From the NCBI GenBank assembly GCA_031409335.1, contig JANNWY010000287.1, positions 1-27,177 on the forward strand: a stretch of DNA of 27,177 bases. The letters run 5' to 3'. Source of the DNA: Chthoniobacteraceae bacterium (GTDB taxonomy: Bacteria; Verrucomicrobiota; Verrucomicrobiia; Chthoniobacterales; Chthoniobacteraceae). This document shows, one piece after another, positions 8,177 to 15,541 of this stretch. The notes beneath the pieces were generated by a model, which was not told where the DNA came from, made no database searches, and was given only the letters and a program-made list of their open reading frames with translations. Every line of letters begins with the position of its first letter. Within the stretch, counting starts at the first letter, position 1. The translations under genes and the position numbers were made by a program.

Positions 8177-9771
8177 CAGCGCTTTTTCCAATACAGGCTC
8201 TTGATCGGATGCTCGTCGGTCAGATTCGCCTCGATGCCACCGAGCCGCGTCTCGTCGTAAAACTGGATGCCGACGTAGTAGTAGAGCGGGCAGATCGCGA
8301 CCTCATCGGTGACGAGGAGTTTCTCCGCTTCGCGGAAAAGGGCGAAGCGCTTTTCGCGATCGAGTTCGGCTCCGGCAGCGGCGATGCATTCGTCGAATCG
8401 TTTGTTGCTCCAGCCCGTGCGGTTGTTGCCATCGCCCGTGACGAAGCAGCCGAGAAACGTGTTCGCGTCTTTGTAATCGCCAACCCATGACGAGCGGGCA
8501 AGGTCGAAATCGAGACTGGTGAGCGAGGCGAGATACACTTTCCACTCCTTTTGCTGGAGCTGCACCGTGATGCCGAGCGCGTCGCGCCACATGCCTTGCA
8601 GCTCCACGGCGATGTCGCGGTCGAGATCGCTGTCGCCTTTGTAGAGGTAATAGATGATCGGGAAACCTTTGCCGTCGGGGAATCCGGCGTCGGCGAGCAG
8701 TTGTTTCGCGCGCGCCAAGTCGCGTTTCAGACCGGGCGGCGGATAATACCCGGCGGTATTTGGCGGGGTGAAACTGTCGGCGGGCAATTCGCCGGCGCGC
8801 GTGATTTTGTCGCAGATGAGCTGCTTGTCGATCGCGAGCGAAAGCGCGATGCGCACGCGCGGATCGGTGAACGGTTTTCGCGTCGTGTTGAAGCGGATGA
8901 AGTAGTTCCCGAGGAACGGCGCGGCATGGTAATCGGGGCGTTTCTTGAGTTCGTTGAGCAGCGGCGTGGGCGCGAGGCCCTTGTCCATCATCACATCGGC
9001 GAGGCCGGTCGCGTAGAAATTGAACGCGGTCATTGGCCGTCCGCTCGGGATGATGTCCACGCTTTTGGTCGGGATGTTCGCAGTGTTCCAGTAGTGCGGA
9101 TTTTTCTCGATGCGGATGCGGTCGAAGATGCGCCATTCCTTTAGCACAAAGGCACCGTTGCCGATGCACTTGCCCGGCTTCATGAAAGTCTCGCCGCGTT
9201 TCTCACATTCCGTGACGCTCGGCATGTGGACCGGGAGCAGCGTGGAGAAGGCGGTGAGGTCGATGAAAAACGGCGTCGGATTGTCGAGCGTGACGACGAG
9301 CGTGAATGGGTCGGGCGCCTTCACGCCGACTTCGCGAAAATCCTTCACGGTGCCTTCGTTGAACGACTTCGCATTGTGAATGTAGTAGAGCTGGCCGGAG
9401 TATTCGGAGGCGGTTTCCGGCTTGAGCGTGCGCTCCCACGACCGAACGAAATCCTCACTCGTCACCGGATCGCCATTGCTCCACTTCGCGTTTTTGCGGA
9501 GGTGAAATGTGTAAGTCTTCGCGTCGGGCGAAAGGTCCCAGCGTTCCGCGACGCCGGGCTGCGGCTCGCCTTTCTGATCGAACGACGTGAGGCCCTCGAA
9601 GAGCGTGTAGGCGATGCGGCCATCGGGCTGGCCGGTGAGCAGCGCGGGGTCGATCGTCTCCGGCTCGGCTCCATTTAGGACGACAATTTCCGCGCGATCC
9701 ATGGCGCGATCACACGCGGAGCAAAGTGCGAGGGCGAGGAGGAGGCAGAGATGAATTGCGAGTCGGGACAC
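8176..9771 (-). CDS. oppA: Peptide ABC transporter substrate-binding lipoprotein (OppA / SBP family 5)
   Basis: NGAEPETIDP, LFEGL, YTFHLRKNAKWSNGDPVTSEDF, DPRVRIALSLAID and lipobox-like LCSAC. Start uncertain (GTG 9771 preferred; the track gives 9819). Confidence 0.88.
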   Translation of the reverse strand: MSRLAIHLCLLLALALCSACDRAMDRAEIVVLNGAEPETIDPALLTGQPDGRIAYTLFEGLTSFDQKGEPQPGVAERWDLSPDAKTYTFHLRKNAKWSNGDPVTSEDFVRSWERTLKPETASEYSGQLYYIHNAKSFNEGTVKDFREVGVKAPDPFTLVVTLDNPTPFFIDLTAFSTLLPVHMPSVTECEKRGETFMKPGKCIGNGAFVLKEWRIFDRIRIEKNPHYWNTANIPTKSVDIIPSGRPMTAFNFYATGLADVMMDKGLAPTPLLNELKKRPDYHAAPFLGNYFIRFNTTRKPFTDPRVRIALSLAIDKQLICDKITRAGELPADSFTPPNTAGYYPPPGLKRDLARAKQLLADAGFPDGKGFPIIYYLYKGDSDLDRDIAVELQGMWRDALGITVQLQQKEWKVYLASLTSLDFDLARSSWVGDYKDANTFLGCFVTGDGNNRTGWSNKRFDECIAAAGAELDREKRFALFREAEKLLVTDEVAICPLYYYVGIQFYDETRLGGIEANLTDEHPIKSLYWKKR

Positions 9772-9843
9772 GGTGGAGGCGGATAGTGCATGAGATATCC
9801 CGCTCCTGCCAAAGCTCATTTCGCTGCGGTTGCGGGCTGTCGG

Positions 9844-9998
9844 GGATTTCCGCGTAGCACACTTGTCCCGCCTTCACGGACTTTCCAAACACGTTGCCAC
9901 GGATTTCGTTCACGCCTTCACCAGCAGCGCGGCAGGGAAGTTCATTTCGGCGGGACGCCGAAACCAACGCTCGGGACGAGCGTGCTACCCGGAAATCC
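9844..9998. repeat. GTAG-tagged REP doublet between secG and oppA
   Basis: GGATTTCCGCGTAGCACACTTGTCCCG (9844-9870) is inverted to CGGGACGAGCGTGCTACCCGGAAATCC (9972-9998), 24/27 match. The right copy has two internal hairpins. Confidence 0.7.
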
Positions 9999-10009
9999 GC
10001 AGCGTGCGC

Positions 10010-10603
10010 CTACTTCGGCGGCTCCGGTGCGGGAGCAGTATCGGCGGGTTTGCCAGCGGCTGGAACGGGCGCGGGTTCTGGTTTTGCAGGAGCGGCTCCA
10101 GGTGCTGGCGCTGGCGTTTTTTCCAATTCAGCCGCAGGAGTTCCGGGCACCTTCACGGGGTCGGTAACGGCTTCGCCGGGAATTGGAGGAGCTAGTTGCA
10201 TCTTTAGCTGTTCCTTGCCATCGATCAGCGGCGTTCCTTCGGTGGCGCCTGGCAGGACAGCGGGCAGTGCAATTGGCAGTTCCGTAGGTGCGGGTGGTGG
10301 TGTCAGCGCCGGGATCACCGTCGGCGCGGTCAGCTTGTCCTGAAGCGAGCTGTGACCACCGCCTTTTTTCACGTATAGAAACGAGAGCAGCAGCGCCAAG
10401 CCGAAGAACATGCCGCCAAGCCAGCGCGTGATCGTTTGCAGAACATTCGTGGTCTGCGCGCCGAAAAGCTGATCGGTCGCACCGCCGCCGAAGGCCGCGC
10501 CGAGCCCTTCGTTTTTCGGGCGCTGCATGAGCACGAGCAGGATCATAAGCAACGACACGAGGACGAGGATCACCTGCAGAATATTGATAACGATCGGGAG
10601 CAT
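10010..10603 (-). CDS. secG: Preprotein translocase subunit SecG with Pro/Ala-rich C-terminal extension
   Basis: TM1, then VLMQRPKNEGLGAAFGGG..QLFG...NVLQTITRWL and TM2 (SecG signature). Confidence 0.92.
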   Translation of the reverse strand: MLPIVINILQVILVLVSLLMILLVLMQRPKNEGLGAAFGGGATDQLFGAQTTNVLQTITRWLGGMFFGLALLLSFLYVKKGGGHSSLQDKLTAPTVIPALTPPPAPTELPIALPAVLPGATEGTPLIDGKEQLKMQLAPPIPGEAVTDPVKVPGTPAAELEKTPAPAPGAAPAKPEPAPVPAAGKPADTAPAPEPPK

Positions 10604-10613
10604 GAAGGCAGCG

Positions 10614-10642
10614 AATATGGGGGACGTGCGCGCGGCTGTAAA
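10614..10642 (-). promoter_or_regulatory. Putative sigma70 promoter of secG
   Basis: TTTACA-N17-CATATT on the minus strand, ending 10 nt before the ATG. Confidence 0.45.
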
Positions 10643-10692
10643 ACGAAAGTTTCCCGATGGAGCCCCGGGCTGACGCGTCTAAAACCAAAAGC

Positions 10693-10757
10693 TGTCATTT
10701 CGACCGGAGCGAAGGCGGGCCAGCGGGCGGAGCGCATTCACTTCGGTCGAAATGACA
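10693..10757. repeat. Internally deleted TGTC-ended REP doublet
   Basis: TGTCATTTCGACCG...CGGTCGAAATGACA termini are kept; the GGAGAAACCTCTC core and the spacer are missing. Confidence 0.85.
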
Positions 10758-10782
10758 ACTCGTCTTGATGCGTCAGGTCCGG

Positions 10783-13700
10783 TTATTCCCGCGTCAACGT
10801 TTCATCGAGATTCAGCAGCAGGCTGCCGAGCGCGGTGAAGGCGGCGAGTTCGGGCGCGGGGAGCGCGGGATCGGGCTTGGATTCGCCGGTCGCGATCAGC
10901 TTTTTTGCGGCTTCGGGATTGGCGGTGTAGCGCGCGCGAAGTCTGGCGAGCGATGCGGCGAGGATTTGCTTCTCGGCGGCATTCGGCGGGCGCGCCGTGC
11001 AATGTCGAAACGCGAAATCGAGCCGCGCTTCATCGTTCGCGCCGTGCTTCAGCATTCGCTCCGCAAAGGCGCGCGCGGCTTCGACGTACGTGATGTCGTT
11101 CAGCGTCACGAGCGCGTGCAGCGGTGTATTTGTGCGGCTGCTTTTCACCGTGCAGTTCTGCCGGTTCGCGGTGTCGAAGAAGAGCGTCGGCGCAACGATG
11201 CGCCGCCAGAAAATGTAAAGGCTGCGTCGATACAGCGCCTCGCCGTGATCCTGCGTGAACTTGATCTGCCCGAACGTCGCGTCCTCCCAGATGTTCGCGG
11301 GCTGATACACCTTCACCGGCGGTCCGCCGACTTTTTCCACGAGCAGCCCGCTCACCGCGAGCGCCTGATCGCGCAGCATCCAGCTCGGCAAGCGGTAGCG
11401 TGAGCCGCGCGCGAGGAATTTGTTTTCAGGATCGCGCTCGGCCATTCCCGGCGGCACGACCGACGACTGCGCATACGTCGCGCTCGTCACGATCAGCTTC
11501 ACGAGATGTTTCACATCCCAGCCGCTCTCTCGGAATTCCACGGCGAGCCAGTCGAGCAATTCGGGATGCGTCGGCTTCTCGCCCTGCACGCCAAAGTCAT
11601 CCACATTCTTTGCGAGCCCGTGCCCGAAGAACTGCTGCCAGAGCCGGTTCACAGTCACTCGCGCCGTCAGCGGATGCTCGGGCGAAACCAGCCAGCGGGC
11701 GAGCGCGAGGCGATTCGACGGCGCATCGGCAGCGAGTGCCGGGAGCACCGCGGGCGTGCCGTATCCGACCTTGTCGCCGTATTTGTCGTAAGCGCCTTTG
11801 ACGAGGATGAAGGTGTCGCGCGGTTTCTCGCGCTCACGCATCACCATCGTCCGCGGCATCGTGTTCTCGGCATTCTCGCGCGCCTTTTTCGCGGCATCGC
11901 GGCGCTCGGTTGCGGCGGCGAGCAATGCGTTGGTCGCAAAATAAAATTTCGCCAACTCATCCTTCTCAGCCGGCGCCCGCTGCTCCGCCGGTTTTGTGAG
12001 AAGCGTGCGAATTTTCTCCGGCATCGGACGCAGCAGCGCGGGATTGTCAGTCGTCGCGCTGAGTCGGAATTTTCCGAGCGTGTGCTGGCGTCCGTATTGA
12101 AATGAAAAACGGAACGCCAGCGTGTGCTCGCCACCGACGCCGATGTTTGCGCCGGGCGTGAAAAGGAGTTCGTGCGGTTTCCCCGTCGCGCCATCCACCG
12201 CCCAACCCGTCTTCTGATCGCCGTCGAAAACCTTCGCCGCAGGCTGCCCGCGCTGCTCGTAGTCGGCGCTGATCGCCGTGAGCGGGATCAGTTTTCCGTA
12301 ATCCTGCAGCGCGAGTTCGGTGAGAACGAAATTGCCATTCTCCGGCGCGCGCCCCGGCCCGCCATGCGGCAGCGAATCATCCGGGAGCACTTCCAGCTTC
12401 AGCGCCGTGATGCCCGCGATCGTGCCGGGATACGTGACGACATATTCGTCCTTCGCCGGACTTTTGCCGCCCGCGAGCACGCTGCCGTCCGCCGCTTTCG
12501 TGAGCACCGTTCCCTTTTCCGCATTCGCTTCCATCGGGATCAGCGGCGTCCACTTCACCGCGGGCAACAGTCCGCCAGTGCCACCGGCCACAGACTTCTC
12601 CCACGCTGGCTGCTCGGCGCGGAGTTTCGCTTCGAGTTCATCGCGCTCCTTTTTCGACGCCGTCTCCGCCACTTTCAGCGCTTCGACTTTCGCTTGATCG
12701 TCGGGAGTGGCGAGCGCAAGCACCGGATTCGCCAACCCGCCCGCATCGTTGCCGCCGGTTTCGTCGATCGAGTTAAAGAACGCGCTGAGTTGGTAGTATT
12801 CCTTCTGCGCGAGCTGATCGAATTTGTGATCGTGGCAGCGGCAGCAGTTGAAAGTGAGCGCCATCCAAACCGTGCCCGTCGTCTCGACGCGATCCTGCAC
12901 GTAATCGACGCGCGATTCCTCCGCGATGCGCCCGCCTTCGCCATTGATCATGTGGTTCCGGTGAAACCCGGTCGCGATGAGCTGCTCGCGAGTCGGCTCT
13001 GGCAAAAGATCGCCGGCCAGTTGTTCGATTGTGAATTGATCGAACGGCTTGTTGTCGTTGAACGCCGCGATCGCCCAATCGCGCCAATACCACATCGCCC
13101 GCGTCGGATCACCCTGGTAGCCATTGGTGTCCGCGTAACGCGACGCATCGAGCCATTCCCAGACCATGCGCTCGCCGTAGCGCGGCGAGGCGAGCAGGCG
13201 ATCGACCACGCTTTCATAAGTCCCATGGGACTCATGCGACCCATTCGACTTATGGGAAAACGCAGCCACCTCCTCCAGCGTCGGCGGCAGTCCGGTGAGG
13301 TCGAGGTAGAGTCGCCGGATCAGTTTTTCCGGCGCCGCCTCCGGCGAAGGCGCGAGTTTTTCGCGCTGCAAACGCTCCAGCACAAACGCATCAATCGGAT
13401 TGCGCGCCCACGTTTTTCCCGGCTCCGAATTCACCGGCACCGCCGCCCGTTTCGGCGCGACGAACGCCCAGTGCTCGCCCCACTTCGCGCCCTCTTCCAC
13501 CCAGCGTTTGAGTGTCTGCTTCTGCGCGTCGGTCAGCTTGCGATTCGATTTCGGCGTCGGCATCACCTCGTCTTTCTCGGTGCTGAAAATGCGCGCGATC
13601 ACCTCGCTCCCCGCGCTGTCGCCCGGCTTTACCGGCGTGATGCCATCCGTCGTGCGATACGCGCCCTCCTTTTTATCGAGCCGCAGATCCGCCTTCCGTC

Positions 13701-13830
13701 CGCCCGCATCCGGTCCGTGGCAGTGGTAGCAGTTTTCCGCAAGGATCGGCTGCACGTCGCGATTGAAATCCACCGGCTCCGCGACGCAGGTCGCGGCGAG
13801 AAAACAGAGAACGTGAAACGGCGATTTCAT
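10783..13830 (-). CDS. PSD1 / planctomycete cytochrome c domain protein (PSCyt1 + DUF1549 + DUF1553)
   Basis: VDFNRDVQPIL..CYHCHG, HWAF, NPIDAF, LIRRLYLDLTGLPPT, CCRCHDHKFD, PLTARVTVNRLWQQFFG, HPELLDWLA and TNTPLHAL. Signal peptide from the ATG at 13830. Confidence 0.92.
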   Translation of the reverse strand: MKSPFHVLCFLAATCVAEPVDFNRDVQPILAENCYHCHGPDAGGRKADLRLDKKEGAYRTTDGITPVKPGDSAGSEVIARIFSTEKDEVMPTPKSNRKLTDAQKQTLKRWVEEGAKWGEHWAFVAPKRAAVPVNSEPGKTWARNPIDAFVLERLQREKLAPSPEAAPEKLIRRLYLDLTGLPPTLEEVAAFSHKSNGSHESHGTYESVVDRLLASPRYGERMVWEWLDASRYADTNGYQGDPTRAMWYWRDWAIAAFNDNKPFDQFTIEQLAGDLLPEPTREQLIATGFHRNHMINGEGGRIAEESRVDYVQDRVETTGTVWMALTFNCCRCHDHKFDQLAQKEYYQLSAFFNSIDETGGNDAGGLANPVLALATPDDQAKVEALKVAETASKKERDELEAKLRAEQPAWEKSVAGGTGGLLPAVKWTPLIPMEANAEKGTVLTKAADGSVLAGGKSPAKDEYVVTYPGTIAGITALKLEVLPDDSLPHGGPGRAPENGNFVLTELALQDYGKLIPLTAISADYEQRGQPAAKVFDGDQKTGWAVDGATGKPHELLFTPGANIGVGGEHTLAFRFSFQYGRQHTLGKFRLSATTDNPALLRPMPEKIRTLLTKPAEQRAPAEKDELAKFYFATNALLAAATERRDAAKKARENAENTMPRTMVMREREKPRDTFILVKGAYDKYGDKVGYGTPAVLPALAADAPSNRLALARWLVSPEHPLTARVTVNRLWQQFFGHGLAKNVDDFGVQGEKPTHPELLDWLAVEFRESGWDVKHLVKLIVTSATYAQSSVVPPGMAERDPENKFLARGSRYRLPSWMLRDQALAVSGLLVEKVGGPPVKVYQPANIWEDATFGQIKFTQDHGEALYRRSLYIFWRRIVAPTLFFDTANRQNCTVKSSRTNTPLHALVTLNDITYVEAARAFAERMLKHGANDEARLDFAFRHCTARPPNAAEKQILAASLARLRARYTANPEAAKKLIATGESKPDPALPAPELAAFTALGSLLLNLDETLTRE
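13215..13259. repeat. Palindromic degenerate 9-mer array inside the PSD1 gene
   Basis: CATAAGTCC CATGGGACT CATGCGACC CATTCGACT TATGGGAAA; CATAAGTC is inverted to GACTTATG. Confidence 0.7.
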
Positions 13831-13902
13831 TGGAGCGAAGCGCACAGTCGAATAAACCCGCCGCCGCGCAAACATCTTAGCTCGCGAACCCTCGTTTCAG
13901 AT

Positions 13903-13984
13903 TCTTGCTCCTGATCTTGATCTTGATCTTGATCCCTTCGGCGGATTGCGGTGGAGGATCAAGATCAGGAGCAAGATCAGGATT
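13903..13984. repeat. Inverted hexamer array between divergent genes
   Basis: TCTTGCTCCTGATCTTGATC (13903-13922) is the exact reverse complement of GATCAAGATCAGGAGCAAGA (13957-13976). Confidence 0.85.
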
Positions 13985-14037
13985 GGAAGAACCTGCCGCT
14001 TGACCTTCGCCGCGACATGCGGCTCCAATGCGCGCAC

Positions 14038-14790
14038 ATGGCCGCCACCGAAGCTGAGTTCCTGCTCATCGACAACAGCAACTCCTTTACGAAGTTCGCT
14101 ATCGCCACCCGCAAAGAGATCTGCTGCGTCCCGCGCCGCCTGAGCACGCCTGCGGTCGAGAAAGATTCGCTCGGGCGCATCCTGCACGGCTGGAAATTCC
14201 AGTCCGTCATCATGTGCACAGTCGTCCCCTCGAAAGGCGACCTCCTCGCGCAACTCCTCACCCCGCACCGCGTCCTTTCCATCACCGCGAAAACCAAACT
14301 CGGCGTCGGCATCGACTACCCCGCGCCCCGCACCATCGGCGCCGATCGCCTCGCGAACGCCGCTGCCGTCGCCCACTACTACGGAGCCCCCGCGGTCGCC
14401 GTCGATTTCGGCACCGCGGTCAGCTTCGACGTCATCTCGAAGGACAAAGCCTACGTCGGCGGAGTCATCGCGCCTGGCCTCGAAGCGATGACCGACTACC
14501 TGCACACGCGCACCGCGTTACTCCCCAAAATCAGCCTCATCGAACCGCCCACCGCCATTGGAAAATCCACGCGCAATGCCATGCTCGCCGGAGCCGTCCA
14601 CGGCTACCGCGGCCTCGTCCGCGAAATCCTCGCACAGATCACGAAAGAACTCGGCACCCCGAAAAAGCTCACCGTCGTCGCCACGGGTGGTTACGCCGAA
14701 TTGATCGCCGCCGGCCTGCCCGAGATCAAGAAAGTGCATTCCGACCTCACGCTCGAAGGCCTCCGCATCATCGGCACGCTGAACCGCTAA
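14038..14790 (+). CDS. coaX: Type III pantothenate kinase
   Basis: LIDNSNSFTK, IGADRLAN, VDFGTAVSFD, GGVIAPGL, VVATGG and DLTLEGL motifs. The track's EDQDQEQDQD extension is translated repeat, so the start was moved to 14038. Confidence 0.92.
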   Translation: MAATEAEFLLIDNSNSFTKFAIATRKEICCVPRRLSTPAVEKDSLGRILHGWKFQSVIMCTVVPSKGDLLAQLLTPHRVLSITAKTKLGVGIDYPAPRTIGADRLANAAAVAHYYGAPAVAVDFGTAVSFDVISKDKAYVGGVIAPGLEAMTDYLHTRTALLPKISLIEPPTAIGKSTRNAMLAGAVHGYRGLVREILAQITKELGTPKKLTVVATGGYAELIAAGLPEIKKVHSDLTLEGLRIIGTLNR

Positions 14791-15407
14791 ATCGGCGGCA
14801 CCGGGCGCGGGGGCGGCGCGGGCTTCACGGGCTCGGGCAGGGCGACGCCTTGCAGCGAGGGGCGCGGCGTCGGCTTCGCGGGCACTGGCGGCTTTGGCGG
14901 AACCACGGATTCGATCGAGGGCGATGCGAGCAATTGGAACGGACTCCCCGGGCGCGTGTCATCGCGCCCGGCCAGCAGGAAAAGCGCGGGGAAAACCAGG
15001 GCGCTCGCGCACAGGAAAATGCCCGGCAGGATGCGACCGCGCGTCAGCAGGAGCGCTCCCGCAAACACCGCGGCAGCCAGCGCGGGGACGAAAAGCAGAA
15101 ACGTCCAGCGCGGAAACATGATGAGCGTGCAACCGACGAGCAGACTGGCGAGGCCGATCCGCAGCGGATCGAAGTGCAGCGCGGCCCAAAATTTCATGGC
15201 CCACCCCCGCGCGAACTCGCCCGCCCTTGCAAATCGCGTGGCCTTGGCCGGAGGCGGAAACAGCCGTCGCAACGGCACCCACACTTCCACGCCATCGCGC
15301 TGCGCCAGATCGTGCTCGGACACCTCCCCGCGCGCGAGCATCCCGGAGACGCTCTCGGGATTGAGCGGCCCGATCATCCGACCAGCCTTAAAAATGGTGA
15401 TATCCAT
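14787..15407 (-). CDS. GYF_2 (DUF4339)-like domain membrane protein with Pro-rich tail
   Basis: N-terminal IGPLNPESVSGMLARGEVSEHDLAQRDGVEVWVPL, about 3 TM segments and a poly-Pro C-terminus. Stop overlaps the coaX stop. Confidence 0.7.
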   Translation of the reverse strand: MDITIFKAGRMIGPLNPESVSGMLARGEVSEHDLAQRDGVEVWVPLRRLFPPPAKATRFARAGEFARGWAMKFWAALHFDPLRIGLASLLVGCTLIMFPRWTFLLFVPALAAAVFAGALLLTRGRILPGIFLCASALVFPALFLLAGRDDTRPGSPFQLLASPSIESVVPPKPPVPAKPTPRPSLQGVALPEPVKPAPPPRPVPPI

Positions 15408-15488
15408 AGCTTCTGGAGGCAAACACTACGCGTTCAGGTAAATCGCACGCCAGATTTTTTTACGTTTCCGAGCGCGTTGCGGATGTGA

Positions 15489-15533
15489 AACGGCAACCCG
15501 GAACCCTCGCCATCGGCCTTCGGGCTGTCCGTT
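15489..15533 (-). terminator. Possible intrinsic terminator downstream of the DUF1501 gene
   Basis: Minus strand AACGGACAGCCCG...CGGGTTGCCGTT imperfect stem with only a very short T run at its 3' end. Confidence 0.35.
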
Positions 15534-15541
15534 GATGCGCG

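Noticed and set aside
13951..14037. Acidic N-terminal extension of CoaX (EDQDQEQDQD)
   Set aside because: It is translation of the intergenic hexamer repeat; homology begins after Met 14038.
14065..14100. CoaX as a pseudoenzyme because the DxGNT motif reads DNSNS
   Set aside because: The Asp and Asn are retained and all other motifs are intact; likely a lineage variant.
15470..15541. Minus-strand GATGGC...CGGGTTGCCG resembling the 3' end of a c-di-GMP-I riboswitch
   Set aside because: No P1 (GGCAAACC..GAAA..GGGACGCAAAG) or other conserved core; better explained as a simple hairpin.
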